Part shown: positions 1 to 10,207 of the stretch, piece after piece
Layout of the letters: each line of letters starts with the position of its first letter
How positions within the stretch are numbered: position 1 is the stretch's first letter
From: Candidatus Woesearchaeota archaeon
GTDB taxonomy: Archaea > Nanobdellota > Nanobdellia > Woesearchaeales > JABIAG01
Direction of reading: 5' to 3'
NCBI GenBank assembly: GCA_018653365.1
Contig: JABIAG010000001.1
Location: 448,001 to 512,000, forward strand
DNA: 64,000 bases
Position numbers and translations under genes: made by a program
The notes under the pieces: model-generated
Seen by the model: only the letters and a program-made list of their open reading frames with translations
Database searches by the model: none
What the model was told of the DNA's origin: nothing

Positions 1-1242
1 CTTACTAAACTCGACATCCGAAGTAACAGCATTATTAATAATCTTAATTGGTTGACCATTTTCTAAAGGAGCAAATAATGCTAAATTAGCTAATTTTTTG
101 TAATCAATCAGGTGAGAATCAGATTGTAAATGTAATATGATTCCTGAATCTTTATTTTTTTCAATATCATGAAAAGTCGAGGGAAGAATTTTGGCTTTGT
201 CAATATCTTTTATTATGTAAAGTTTGAAATCTCCATCAGGAACGACCGGAAGCTGAGTAGTGGTTATCTCCAACTTATTTAATGATTCAAGAGCGGTCTT
301 AAGATAATCTTTACCCTCATTATTAGTAACATAAAGCGTTGGAATTCGTTTTACCTCAGGTAAACTAACATAAGCAACATTATCAACAGGAAAATCATCA
401 TTAACTTCTAGTTCAAACATGTTAGACCCTGGGGTTAAATCAAAATAAATCGACTCAACACCGTTAGCTCGAAGAACAAGTTCTTTAGATTGCGTTGCAG
501 ACTTAACGTTAAACTTGACATTTTGAGAATTATAATTCTTAATTTTTAGTCGGGCTTGATCAGTAACTTCTAGATCAATAATTCCTACATTGTTAACTGG
601 TTTGTTAAATGATTTAAAGACAACTCGAATATTCTTAGCATTTAACTGACGCTTAGCAATTACGGGTTCAGGAATAGAGGCAAAATCAGAAAGAATATAA
701 ACCGTTCCACCCTGCATTAAACTAGATGCTTGTAACATTGCATCCTCAATATTTGAAAGCGTATCTGAGGGTTGAATGTTAGCCAAAATATCTGCTGCCT
801 TTTCAGAACTGCCCTTCTCCACTAAGGTAAAGGGAATGTTCTCAGCAAGAATAATAGAAACTTTATCTTTATCTTTGATTAAACTTTGCGCTTCCTTAAT
901 CGCTGCACTAAATCGAGTTGAAGAATCATATTTAGCCTGCATGCTGGCACTAGAATCTAAAATTAAAGTAATGTGTTCCTCGCTCCTTTCTTGAGAGATG
1001 TTAAGTAACGGAGTTGCAGCAGCAAAAGCTAAAAGTAATATTGCTAATAATTGTAATATAAATAACATGTTAGCCATGAGTTTCTTAAAGAAGGCTGAAC
1101 GCTTTTTAATGGCTTTATCTTTAATAAAAAACATCAATGAAGAAAACACTTTCTTTTTAGGCTTACGAGAAAACAAATAAAATAAAACTAATGGAATAAG
1201 AAGAGCTAATGCGCTAAGTGCAAGGGGATTTCGGAAAGGCAT
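1..1242 (-). CDS. BatA/vWA domain protein (3' end runs off the window)
   Basis: Not in ORF track. Manual translation from ATG at 1242: MPFRNPLALSALALLIPLVLFYLFSRKPKKKVFSSLMFF (BatA-type N-terminus), later LILDSSASM (MIDAS DxSxS). Confidence 0.8.
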   Translation of the reverse strand, partial: MPFRNPLALSALALLIPLVLFYLFSRKPKKKVFSSLMFFIKDKAIKKRSAFFKKLMANMLFILQLLAILLLAFAAATPLLNISQERSEEHITLILDSSASMQAKYDSSTRFSAAIKEAQSLIKDKDKVSIILAENIPFTLVEKGSSEKAADILANIQPSDTLSNIEDAMLQASSLMQGGTVYILSDFASIPEPVIAKRQLNAKNIRVVFKSFNKPVNNVGIIDLEVTDQARLKIKNYNSQNVKFNVKSATQSKELVLRANGVESIYFDLTPGSNMFELEVNDDFPVDNVAYVSLPEVKRIPTLYVTNNEGKDYLKTALESLNKLEITTTQLPVVPDGDFKLYIIKDIDKAKILPSTFHDIEKNKDSGIILHLQSDSHLIDYKKLANLALFAPLENGQPIKIINNAVTSDVEFSK

Positions 1243-1317
1243 GATAACTTTTTGGCGAATGGGTTTATATAGTTTTTGCTGCTAAGCTTTATAAATGCAT
1301 CTTGATTATTTAAAAGC

Positions 1318-1824
1318 ATGATAGTGACGTTAAGCGATAGAGCTAGTTTAGAAGTTCCTGAAGAGTTCTTAGAGTACTTATCTTCACACAAAAAACCAGC
1401 TTTTGTAAAGGGCTTTTTTACTCGACTAAAACGAGTTGTAAGAGAACGAACAAAAGCCGAAGTTGGTTTAGATATTCTTGGGAATGAAACAAGAGGAATA
1501 ACTTTCTTCGCTCAACAAATTGGATTATACTTTCGAAGAGAGGATCAGTTACTTTTTGGTATAACCGAACCTAGTGAATATGCTCCCATAGTTCTTGGTA
1601 AAAAGGGACCTTTAAGAGGGGGAGTAAAACCGTTGAACGAATTTGATTTAGATTTCAAAGTGAATGGTGCTAGTTGTGAAGTTGTTTTAAGTTCAGATGT
1701 TTTATTAAAAAGCAGAATAACACAATTTAATAGAAGGTATGGTGCAGGAGTTGCAAATTATGCCCCTCATGCAACTCCATCAGAATTACACTTACTAGAA
1801 ACTTTTTTTGGATATGAAAGATAA
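1318..1824 (+). CDS. hypothetical protein
   Basis: 168-aa ORF with TTTATAAA box upstream; no recognisable motif. Confidence 0.6.
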   Translation: MIVTLSDRASLEVPEEFLEYLSSHKKPAFVKGFFTRLKRVVRERTKAEVGLDILGNETRGITFFAQQIGLYFRREDQLLFGITEPSEYAPIVLGKKGPLRGGVKPLNEFDLDFKVNGASCEVVLSSDVLLKSRITQFNRRYGAGVANYAPHATPSELHLLETFFGYER

Positions 1825-2164
1825 AGGTTACAAAAGTATATTGGTTAAAATCATGAGTCGAAGAGTTAATGTAGGGGACAGAAATGTTGAGGTTATTATC
1901 GGTAAAGGAATGCAAGCTCATCTAACTGAGGTTGTTTTCCCTAAAATGCGATTTACTCAGTATGGTGATTTTCTTAAAGTTTTGGAGAGGGAGGTAAGAA
2001 AATTATTTCAATCTGAACAATGTGAGGTATCTGATCCAAAAATGTGGGTGTTAAGATACGCAGGATATGAAGAAGAAAATGTGAAACCAACTGAAAATCA
2101 AAGAACTCTTCCTATAGAAAGAGGGATTTTTGGTGACCAAATGGTCTTCTATACAAACTTTTAA
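1814..2164 (+). CDS. hypothetical protein
   Basis: ORF overlapping previous stop; ATG at 1814 preferred to TTG 1808. Confidence 0.55.
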   Translation: MKDKGYKSILVKIMSRRVNVGDRNVEVIIGKGMQAHLTEVVFPKMRFTQYGDFLKVLEREVRKLFQSEQCEVSDPKMWVLRYAGYEEENVKPTENQRTLPIERGIFGDQMVFYTNF

Positions 2165-2208
2165 AAGTTCTACAAAACATTTAAATAGGTTCTGAATAAT
2201 AAACTAGT

Positions 2209-2364
2209 ATGAATCTCTTTAAAAAAAAATGTTATGTCTGTAGTAAATGTGGATATAAATCTGTACAAGCAATCAAGACCTGTCCCACGTGTGGAACGAG
2301 TCTAGAAGAATATTGTTGTAAGTGCGGATGTGCAAAAGGGAATTGTACTTGTAAAAAATGCTAA
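2209..2364 (+). CDS. 51-aa cysteine-rich metallothionein-like / Zn-binding peptide
   Basis: Not in ORF track. MNLFKKKCYVCSKCGYKSVQAIKTCPTCGTSLEEYCCKCGCAKGNCTCKKC*, 12 Cys; TTTAAATA box at about 2180. Confidence 0.75.
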   Translation: MNLFKKKCYVCSKCGYKSVQAIKTCPTCGTSLEEYCCKCGCAKGNCTCKKC

Positions 2365-2401
2365 TTATGAACCTAATTTCAGAATGGCACGGAGTGGAGT
2401 G

Positions 2402-3316
2402 ATGTTAGACACAATAATTATTGGAGGCGGACCCGCAGCACTAGCCGCAGCAGTATATGCCGCACGACAAAAAATAAAATTTATTGTTATTTCTAAAGAT
2501 GTTGGAGGACAGGTAGCCTGGAGTAGTGATGTTGAAAATTATCTTGGATTTAGCTCAATTGTTGGAATAAAATTAGCTGGAGAATTTAAAAAACATGTAG
2601 AAACCAATGGCGTTAAAGTTGAAATGGCTGAAGTTGTTGGAATTGAAAAAAAAGGAAAACAATTCATTGTTAAAACACCAACAAAAAATTATGAAACTAA
2701 AACAGTTTTGATCACCTCAGGAAAAAAACCAAGAAAATTAGGTGTGAAGGGCGAAGAAGATTACGAAAAAAGAGGAGTGGCATATTGTGCAACCTGTGAC
2801 GGACCAGTATTTAGCGGAATGAATGTTGCAGTTATTGGCGGAGGAAATTCGGCTTTAGACGCAGCATTGTTACTAGATAAGTATGCCAAAAAAATATATG
2901 TTGTTAATTTGAATAATCAATTATCTGGAGAACGAATGTTGCTTAGCAAAGTTAAGAAAAGCAAAAAAGTTCACATTTACGACAATGCAATCACTAAAGA
3001 AATAAAGGGAGATGGAAAAAAGGTAACCTCTCTAAGTTTTGAACAAAACGGAAAAGAGTTCGAAATTAAGGTTGGGGGAGTGTTTGTAGAAATTGGAAGT
3101 GTACCCTCAAATTCTTTTGATAAACTAACAAAGAAAAACCAGTGGGGAGAAATAACTATTCATACTAAAAATGGAATTTCAAATCAAACCTCAGTAACTG
3201 GAATGTTTGCTGCCGGAGATGTGAGTAGTGTTCCTGAGAAACAAGTGATAGTAGCAGCGGGAGAGGGAGTAAAAGCAATATTGGGAATATTTAAATACTT
3301 GAATGGTTTGAAATAA
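2402..3316 (+). CDS. trxB: thioredoxin reductase-like FAD/NAD(P) disulfide oxidoreductase
   Basis: GGGPAA FAD motif, CATCDG redox motif, GGGNSA NAD(P) motif, FAAGD; GGAGTG RBS before ATG 2402. Confidence 0.9.
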   Translation: MLDTIIIGGGPAALAAAVYAARQKIKFIVISKDVGGQVAWSSDVENYLGFSSIVGIKLAGEFKKHVETNGVKVEMAEVVGIEKKGKQFIVKTPTKNYETKTVLITSGKKPRKLGVKGEEDYEKRGVAYCATCDGPVFSGMNVAVIGGGNSALDAALLLDKYAKKIYVVNLNNQLSGERMLLSKVKKSKKVHIYDNAITKEIKGDGKKVTSLSFEQNGKEFEIKVGGVFVEIGSVPSNSFDKLTKKNQWGEITIHTKNGISNQTSVTGMFAAGDVSSVPEKQVIVAAGEGVKAILGIFKYLNGLK

Positions 3317-3331
3317 AAAAGGTGATAAAAC

Positions 3332-3658
3332 ATGGTTTCGCATGATGATAAAGTAATGGGAATGTTAGCACATCTATTAGGTATTTTTACTTGGTTTATA
3401 GGACCCTTGATTATACTCTTGGTTGCTAAAGACAAACACAAATTTGCATACAAAAATGCAGCACACGCAATAAACTTTCAGATAAGCGTAACAATCTACG
3501 CAATAATCTGCGCATTGTTGGTTCTGGTATTAATTGGGTTATTATTATTGCCAATACTTATGATATTTGCACTAGTAGTAGAAATCGTAGGAAGTGTGAA
3601 AGCATATGAAGGAGCAGTATACAAATACCCTCTAGAAATACCTTTTATTAAAGCATAG
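3332..3658 (+). CDS. DUF4870-like small membrane protein
   Basis: LAHL...GPLII...A.NFQIS...YKYP pattern; AGGTGA RBS. Confidence 0.8.
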   Translation: MVSHDDKVMGMLAHLLGIFTWFIGPLIILLVAKDKHKFAYKNAAHAINFQISVTIYAIICALLVLVLIGLLLLPILMIFALVVEIVGSVKAYEGAVYKYPLEIPFIKA

Positions 3659-3692
3659 AAAAGTTTTTATATTTCTTTTTCTTTTTTCTTAT

Positions 3693-5042
3693 ATGCAACT
3701 AACTAATTTAGATTTTATTCTGATACTAATATACTTTGCAGTACTGATTTTAATTGGGTATTGGAGTTCAAGAAAACAAAATGAAGAAGATTACTTGATC
3801 GCGAATAGAAAGTTGGGAGCATGGCAAACCATGTTCACTATAAACGCAAGTAAAACAGGAAGTATCTTAATGTTGTTCACAGCACTAGTTTACATCTTTG
3901 GATTTGCTGCAATGTGGTATTTTATAGGAATGATTATCGGGGTATTGCTCTTCTTGCCATTTGCTTTAAAACTAAAAGAACGTTCAAGTGGAAAGTTTTA
4001 TACTCTGGCAGATTATTTTAAAGCACATTATAGTAAAGGCGTTGCAGTAATAGCATCACTTATCTCAATATTCTTAATGTTTGGATTCTTAGTGATAAAT
4101 CTTATTGCAGGCTCTAAAATCTTCATGTTCTTTTCTGGATGGCCATTTTGGATTTGCGCGATTGTAATGATGCTAGTTGTACTGATATACATCTTAATGG
4201 GTGGATTTAAGGCAGTGGTGAAAACAGACATTCTACAATATGTGGCAATGCTATTCATCATGGTGTTGTTGTTCATTATACTCTTTAAAGGATCAATTAT
4301 TCCACCCTCTGATTGGAACATTTTTACTATAAGTTTACCAAACCTTATTGGCTTTTTCATAGCAGGAATACTATTCCCCTTTGCAATGCCTGATATGTGG
4401 CAAAGAGTTTATTCATCAAAAAACAAACAAACACTAAAACGGGGAATAATAAGCTCTGCAATAATCTATTTCGTATTTGCCTTCTTGTTAATTCTAATTG
4501 CATTAACAGTTAAATCACAGTTTCCTGGAGCAGATCCGGATCTAGCACTGCTTCACGGATTTGGAAGCTTACTTCCTACAGGACTGCTAGGACTATCAGT
4601 AGTGCTCTTATTTGCAGCAATAATGAGTACAATAGATACATCAATATTTACTTCCTCATCTGCAATAATTCAAGACTATTTTAACTGGAATAAGAAAAAA
4701 ACAATTAAAAACATTCGAAGAGTAATATTCATTGTATCAGTTCTAGGAGCGTTAGCTGCAATAGCAGTACAAAACTTAGTAATTGGAGCATACATCTTCA
4801 TTGCAGCACTAGTTGTTTTAGCAATGATTGTCATAATCACCTGGATGAAAATCAGGGTAAGATCATTAACACTCTTGAGCGGGTTTGTACTAGGATTAGT
4901 TGTATTTTTTATTGCACTGATTGTAGGAATGACAACTGGAAGCTTACAACCCACCATCGTTCTTTATTCCCTTGTTGCAACCCTAATTGGATTGTTAGCT
5001 GGTAGTATAGTTAGCTATTTCAAATATAGAAAGTTCAGATAA
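3693..5042 (+). CDS. sodium:solute symporter family protein
   Basis: DYLIANRKLG, GGFKAVVKTD, WQRVYS, AAIMSTID motifs; about 13 TM segments. Confidence 0.85.
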   Translation: MQLTNLDFILILIYFAVLILIGYWSSRKQNEEDYLIANRKLGAWQTMFTINASKTGSILMLFTALVYIFGFAAMWYFIGMIIGVLLFLPFALKLKERSSGKFYTLADYFKAHYSKGVAVIASLISIFLMFGFLVINLIAGSKIFMFFSGWPFWICAIVMMLVVLIYILMGGFKAVVKTDILQYVAMLFIMVLLFIILFKGSIIPPSDWNIFTISLPNLIGFFIAGILFPFAMPDMWQRVYSSKNKQTLKRGIISSAIIYFVFAFLLILIALTVKSQFPGADPDLALLHGFGSLLPTGLLGLSVVLLFAAIMSTIDTSIFTSSSAIIQDYFNWNKKKTIKNIRRVIFIVSVLGALAAIAVQNLVIGAYIFIAALVVLAMIVIITWMKIRVRSLTLLSGFVLGLVVFFIALIVGMTTGSLQPTIVLYSLVATLIGLLAGSIVSYFKYRKFR

Positions 5043-5667
5043 ATGTTTTCTCACCTAAACTTGAAGGAATATCACCAAACTCACAATCCTTACAGGTTGG
5101 ATCAAGATTAACCCAATCTCCCTGTCTGTAACGGTTTAGTGCTTCAGGTAACTGGGCCTGAATGTAAACGTGACCTGGAATGAAAACAAACTTAGTTTGA
5201 ATACCTACACTTCTCAATAAAGATGAAAGTAAAACTGCATGATCATCACAATCCCCACTTTGAACCTCTAATGTATAAGCAGGCTCTTTAACAAACTCAA
5301 ACTTAACAGGGTCATTAACATAATTAATATTATCTCTAGTGAACAAATAAAGTGCTTTAGCATTACAAATTCTATTGCTCTTACAAGAAATACTTGTTAT
5401 TTTATCTGCAACTTTCTTTATTTCACCATCAACCTTAACATATTGATAGAACTCCTGAATGCTGTTAATGGAAAAGTTAGTTTGAGAACTTGTACCCTGA
5501 AATACCTCTTCAATCGTTGGAATAATGGTTGGAGAGGGATCTAACTTAACAAAAGTGTTAGGAAGAACTGTTGCAATTATTATTAACGCTAAGAATATGG
5601 CTAAAACCCACTTAATTGGACTATGATACCATTTCTTGTCTTCAACCTCTTCTTCAATATGTTCCAT
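5035..5667 (-). CDS. membrane-anchored transglutaminase-like protein
   Basis: N-terminal TM; GDCDD, GHVY, WVNLDPT Cys-His-Asp triad. Confidence 0.85.
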   Translation of the reverse strand: MEHIEEEVEDKKWYHSPIKWVLAIFLALIIIATVLPNTFVKLDPSPTIIPTIEEVFQGTSSQTNFSINSIQEFYQYVKVDGEIKKVADKITSISCKSNRICNAKALYLFTRDNINYVNDPVKFEFVKEPAYTLEVQSGDCDDHAVLLSSLLRSVGIQTKFVFIPGHVYIQAQLPEALNRYRQGDWVNLDPTCKDCEFGDIPSSLGEKTFI

Positions 5668-5713
5668 AATCAGTTAGTGAAAAGATGTTTAATAAATGTT
5701 ATTATTAAAAGAA

Positions 5714-5980
5714 TTACTTAACTTTTTTAGCTTCGGTCTTAAAAGATTCAACTTGTTTTTTTAATGATTTTATTGCTTTTTTAACAACTGCTTTAGCATC
5801 TGTTGCTTCAACCTTCATTCTAGGAACACCTACAAGAGGGTGATCAATTCTATAAGTCGCTAATTTAACATTTTTATCATTAACTAGCTCTTCTTTTAGT
5901 AGATTACAGAAACCATGCGAAACACCTTCTATTTCAAAAGTAACTGAATTCTTTTTATCTTCAATAAATCGTATTTCCAT
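5714..5980 (-). CDS. rpoL: DNA-directed RNA polymerase subunit L (Rpo11)
   Basis: EGVSHGFCNLL...YRIDHPL motif; start at MEIRFIE (5980). Confidence 0.9.
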   Translation of the reverse strand: MEIRFIEDKKNSVTFEIEGVSHGFCNLLKEELVNDKNVKLATYRIDHPLVGVPRMKVEATDAKAVVKKAIKSLKKQVESFKTEAKKVK

Positions 5981-6020
5981 TTTTCTTTGTGATGATAACG
6001 TATTTAAAAATGTTACTGTT

Positions 6021-7232
6021 TTAATCCTTAATAATTCCATACCCAACTAATCTAAATCTGTTTCCCACCTTTCTTGAGATTGTAACTCTAGATTCAACAT
6101 CAGCACAAACAGGAATTTTAAGTCTACACGACGCAATACCTTTCTTAAGATCGGTAACCACCCCAACAGTAGCAGCAGAATTAACATTAAGCATTAAAAT
6201 CTCTTTATCAGCAATAGGTTTTACATCTTGTTCATCCTTAGTTCCAACAACTCTTTTAAGTAAATGAAGCTCAAGTTTGATAGACTCCCAAATCTTAGGT
6301 AGTTTACCTGGAGAACCAACAACAGTGCCTGCAAGAGTATCTGATTTAACAATAGAGGGGTCTAATGATGTAAGAATAGCAACAGAGCCTCCTGGAATGA
6401 TTTCTTCAACAGGAGTGGTACCAGACATTAAACCTAATACTTTAGTAATTAAATGACGAGGTTTGCCCTCAAACTCTTTAGCAGGTAAAATTTCAATTTC
6501 ATCACCAATTTTGATTTGGCCTTGTTGTAATGCTCCCCCTAGTACTCCCCCCTTAACTTTATCAGGGAAAATACCTGGTTTGTTAATATCAAAAGATCTA
6601 GCAACAAGCATTAAAGGATCCTTCTTTAAATCATTTTTAGGAGTTGGAATAACCTCTTGAATAGTTTTCAAAAGTAAATCAATATTTATCTTGTGAAATG
6701 CAGAAATAGGAATTATGGGCGCATCCTTAAATGCAGTATCTTTAATATACGCTTTTATTTGATTATAATTCTCTAAAGCTTTTTCTTTTGAAACCAAATC
6801 AATCTTGTTCTGAATAATTATAACTTTTTTAATTCCCACAATTTCTAGAGCAGCTAAATGTTCCTTAGTTTGGGGTTGAGGACACTCTTCATTAGCAGCA
6901 ATTAGAACTAATGCCCCATCCATAATCATTGCACCTGATAACATGGTAGCCATAAGACTCTCGTGTCCAGGAGCATCAACTAAACTGATATTTCTTACAA
7001 ATTTAGAACCTGTTTCTTTGAAAGGATATAGTTTAGCCCCTTTCTTGTATATCGAAACGTTAGCATAACCCAATCTTATTGTAATTCCTCTTTTAAGTTC
7101 TTCAGAATGAGTATCAGTCCATTTTCCACTTAATGACTGAGTAAGAGTAGTTTTACCATGATCAACATGACCCACAAGTCCAATGTTAACATCTGGTTGA
7201 ATATCCTCCTCTTTAACTTCTTTTTTAGTCAT
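6021..7232 (-). CDS. eif2g: translation initiation factor 2 gamma subunit
   Basis: GHVDHGKTT, RGITIRLGY, DAPGHESLM, CPQPQT, NKID, RSFDINKPG motifs. Confidence 0.97.
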   Translation of the reverse strand: MTKKEVKEEDIQPDVNIGLVGHVDHGKTTLTQSLSGKWTDTHSEELKRGITIRLGYANVSIYKKGAKLYPFKETGSKFVRNISLVDAPGHESLMATMLSGAMIMDGALVLIAANEECPQPQTKEHLAALEIVGIKKVIIIQNKIDLVSKEKALENYNQIKAYIKDTAFKDAPIIPISAFHKINIDLLLKTIQEVIPTPKNDLKKDPLMLVARSFDINKPGIFPDKVKGGVLGGALQQGQIKIGDEIEILPAKEFEGKPRHLITKVLGLMSGTTPVEEIIPGGSVAILTSLDPSIVKSDTLAGTVVGSPGKLPKIWESIKLELHLLKRVVGTKDEQDVKPIADKEILMLNVNSAATVGVVTDLKKGIASCRLKIPVCADVESRVTISRKVGNRFRLVGYGIIKD

Positions 7233-7340
7233 GGTTATGGGGGTGGGTGAGGCATTTATAAATGTTATTAAAGTTTTCTGCTAAACACAGTTGGAATAGA
7301 ATGGGGTGTATTAAAGTTTAAAAAAATAAAAAATAAAAAG

Positions 7341-7862
7341 CTAATCAAACTTATGTTCTAGTGCAAACAAGTTTTCAATAAAGAGTTTCTTTTTTGCTAA
7401 TGTTCTACCTTGTTTAAGCATAAATCCTCTGGCAACGTTACTATTGGTCCATCTTGAGACCGTTAGACTTGCGTCGTTTTTATACCCTTCTTTTTTTAGA
7501 AATTCTTCCATGATATCAATAATTTCTTTAGTTAAAAGAGCTTCTGCAATTGGATTTAAGTAATACAAATGTTTTTCATTTATCCCTGTGAAACAACTGT
7601 GATCAAACATTGCACCATAAACTCCTGCCGCAGGATAAAATACTCTTGCATTTTTAATTTCATTATCAACTACAGTCCCCCATATGATGGAATGAGTGTC
7701 ATCAATTGAATAAAATTTGTATTCTTTTCCCTCTGCTATGTCAGCCTTACTTCCGTCAATTGCGCTAAGCCAACTAGGTATGACTTCTTTAAATTCATCC
7801 TCTCCTATGCAGTCTATAGCTACACCTGTTAATTGATTAATAACCTTTTTAATTTCAAACAT
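7341..7862 (-). CDS. hypothetical protein
   Basis: 173-aa ORF with AGGTGA RBS. Confidence 0.65.
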   Translation of the reverse strand: MFEIKKVINQLTGVAIDCIGEDEFKEVIPSWLSAIDGSKADIAEGKEYKFYSIDDTHSIIWGTVVDNEIKNARVFYPAAGVYGAMFDHSCFTGINEKHLYYLNPIAEALLTKEIIDIMEEFLKKEGYKNDASLTVSRWTNSNVARGFMLKQGRTLAKKKLFIENLFALEHKFD

Positions 7863-7981
7863 TTTGTATCACCTAACCAAATTAACTTTTATTCAATATA
7901 TAAATATTGCTATTTTGAAATGTCTCTGTTGGAGGTGTTGTAATCATAATATTTAAATAGGTGTTTTGCAATAGTTCAAAT

Positions 7982-8668
7982 ATGAGAAGAGAAAAAGTCG
8001 TGTTAATAACTGGGGGCAATACTGGCATAGGAAAAGCAACCTGTGAAGAGTTCTTAAAAAAAGGATATTCAGTATTGATAACTTATCTTTCAGGCAAGGT
8101 ACAGAAAGGGGTAATGGGTATAAAAGCAGATCTAACAAAGAAAAAAGATGTTGAACGGGTAGTTAAAATAGTTAAAAAATATGGGTTGGATGTTCTGGTG
8201 AATAACGCAGGAATAGTAAAACACTCTAAGCTGAAAAAATTAGATTTGGAACAATGGAAAAAAACATTTGAAATAAATTTGTTTGGAATGTATGCACTGA
8301 CTAAAGCATTAGTTCCTTTAATGAAAAAAGGAAGAATAGTAAACATCTCATCTATTCGAGGAGTAATTGGAAGTAATCACGACATGGACTATTCTGCGTC
8401 AAAAGCAGGAGTGATTAATTTAACACAATCTTTAGCTAAAGAACTAGCGCCACACATTTGTGTAAACTCAGTAAGTCCGGGAATAACAAAAACTAAAATG
8501 CTAAAGAATTATAATAAAACTAAAATAAGAATAAAGAAATTAACTTTGTTAAAAAGAGTGGCCAATCCTTCAGAGATAGCAAAAGCAATTGTATTTTTGG
8601 GTTCAGAAGATGCTTCTTATATTACTGGACAGAATATTGTTGTAGACGGCGGATATATAATAAAATAA
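7982..8668 (+). CDS. short-chain dehydrogenase/reductase (FabG-like)
   Basis: TGGNTGIG, NNAG, YSASK, VDGG motifs. Confidence 0.92.
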   Translation: MRREKVVLITGGNTGIGKATCEEFLKKGYSVLITYLSGKVQKGVMGIKADLTKKKDVERVVKIVKKYGLDVLVNNAGIVKHSKLKKLDLEQWKKTFEINLFGMYALTKALVPLMKKGRIVNISSIRGVIGSNHDMDYSASKAGVINLTQSLAKELAPHICVNSVSPGITKTKMLKNYNKTKIRIKKLTLLKRVANPSEIAKAIVFLGSEDASYITGQNIVVDGGYIIK

Positions 8669-8678
8669 AAAATAAAAG

Positions 8679-9182
8679 CTATTTAGCTTCTTCCTTTTTT
8701 TCTTCAGCTTTAGGCTCTTCTGCTTTTTCCTTAGGCTCAGAACTTTTTGGTTCTGTTGCTTCTTTAGCAGGAGCTTCTTTAGCTTCTTCTTTAGGAGCGT
8801 CTCCTTCTTTAGCTTCACCCTCGGCTTTAGCTTCAGCAAAAATATCCTCTTTACCGGCTTTAATAACATAAAGATTTAATTGTGCAGTTGCAATAGAAAC
8901 AGTATTACCTCTAACAGTTTTTCTTTTTCTCATACCCTTACGTTTAATATGTGCACCTAAACTATTTGTAACAAGAATACGTTTTCTTTCTTCACCCTGA
9001 ACGTCCCTTCTCATGGGAAAGCCAGCAGAATCTGAACCTCCTCTGATTTCAAATTCATAACCCTCTAAACCAATACTAGAACCCTCAAGTTTATCGCCAA
9101 TTTTTAATCCACGTAAAGCTTTTTCATCTTCAAACTCAATTTGTTTTGCTTTACCTTTCTTATCTGATATAACTAATTTCAT
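8679..9182 (-). CDS. rps6e: 30S ribosomal protein S6e with Glu/Lys/Ala-rich C-terminal tail
   Basis: GYEFEIRGGSDSAGFPMR...RKRKTVRGN motif. Confidence 0.95.
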   Translation of the reverse strand: MKLVISDKKGKAKQIEFEDEKALRGLKIGDKLEGSSIGLEGYEFEIRGGSDSAGFPMRRDVQGEERKRILVTNSLGAHIKRKGMRKRKTVRGNTVSIATAQLNLYVIKAGKEDIFAEAKAEGEAKEGDAPKEEAKEAPAKEATEPKSSEPKEKAEEPKAEEKKEEAK

Positions 9183-9321
9183 TTTTTGCCTCCGACACTG
9201 TATTTTAGGATAGTTCCTAACAGCTCAGTAAGGTTAAGAATGAATAAATCATTTAAAAAGTTAACTGAAATAACGGTTATAAGGGACAAATGCTTTTAAA
9301 ACACCAAAATTTACATATTAC

Positions 9322-10125
9322 ATGGTGGATGGCAGACATATTCAACCCAATACTGTTAGTGATGGGTGGGCCAAAAGATTTGCACGATCTTCCTCTGGAT
9401 CTTATAAAATAAAACCGCATGTTGATTATGAAAAAATTGCATTAAGTGTGGTTAAAAAAGTGGGTGATTTAACTTCTGGAATGTTTTTAGTGAATGGATT
9501 ATTGGGTAGAACGGGAATAGAGCTGATTGCACTAACTGATTTTGAACCTAACACTTTGAAATCAATATATGGTTTGTTGAAAGCACATCCTCCCACGGTA
9601 CAAATGGCATATGCACAAAAACAAAAACTTGATAATGTTTGGTTAAATTTCAAACAGGATGAACTGCCAGTAACCTTAACAATGATTAACCAGAGAGCAA
9701 TAGATGCATTAAAAGGATTGAATCTTGATAATACAGGATATGTGAGATGTATGGAAACACATGTTGGCGGACAGACAGTAAAAGAAAGAGAGTTATTGCG
9801 AAATTTACGTGGAGGAAAGAGAGAGTGTGTATTTCCCTGCAAACAAGTTCAGGGAGAACTCCATTGCGGACATGGAGTTGCACATTTTGAGGATGGAGAG
9901 GTATATGTTGGACAACCATTGTTGCCTTTCTTATTAGGACCTGAAACTTTGGTGGAAGGAATATTGACTGATGCAGGAGATGAAATAAGAAACAATTTAA
10001 GAACGGCATTAAGAAAAACCTATGGTGAAAGTTCTGATAGAGTATCTTTAGTAAACGCACTTCCACGAATGACTCAATCACGATTAAACGCTTCTACAAG
10101 AAAATATCTGACTGAGTTTTTCTAA
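9322..10125 (+). CDS. hypothetical protein
   Basis: 267-aa ORF with TTTTAAAA box upstream; no recognisable family. Confidence 0.65.
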   Translation: MVDGRHIQPNTVSDGWAKRFARSSSGSYKIKPHVDYEKIALSVVKKVGDLTSGMFLVNGLLGRTGIELIALTDFEPNTLKSIYGLLKAHPPTVQMAYAQKQKLDNVWLNFKQDELPVTLTMINQRAIDALKGLNLDNTGYVRCMETHVGGQTVKERELLRNLRGGKRECVFPCKQVQGELHCGHGVAHFEDGEVYVGQPLLPFLLGPETLVEGILTDAGDEIRNNLRTALRKTYGESSDRVSLVNALPRMTQSRLNASTRKYLTEFF

Positions 10126-10207
10126 TTATGAAAAGTTTTCAATAAATCCGCAGGATTTTCGAAAAAGTGTCATTAAAATTTATTAACGTTCATAACCTTT
10201 AATTGCT

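Noticed and set aside
776-1391. Short ORFs 776-994, 998-1180 and 1206-1391
   Set aside because: Shadows of the minus-strand BatA/vWA gene and its neighbour. Other short ORFs nested antisense to long genes were rejected for the same reason.
2330-2401. N-terminal extension of trxB from GTG 2330 in the ORF track
   Set aside because: It overlaps the Cys-rich peptide in another frame. The RBS and homology start point to ATG 2402.
8679-8840. Low-complexity tail of rpS6e and the overlapping ORF 8603-8869
   Set aside because: A charged disordered tail is unremarkable, and the second ORF is an alternate-frame artefact of it.
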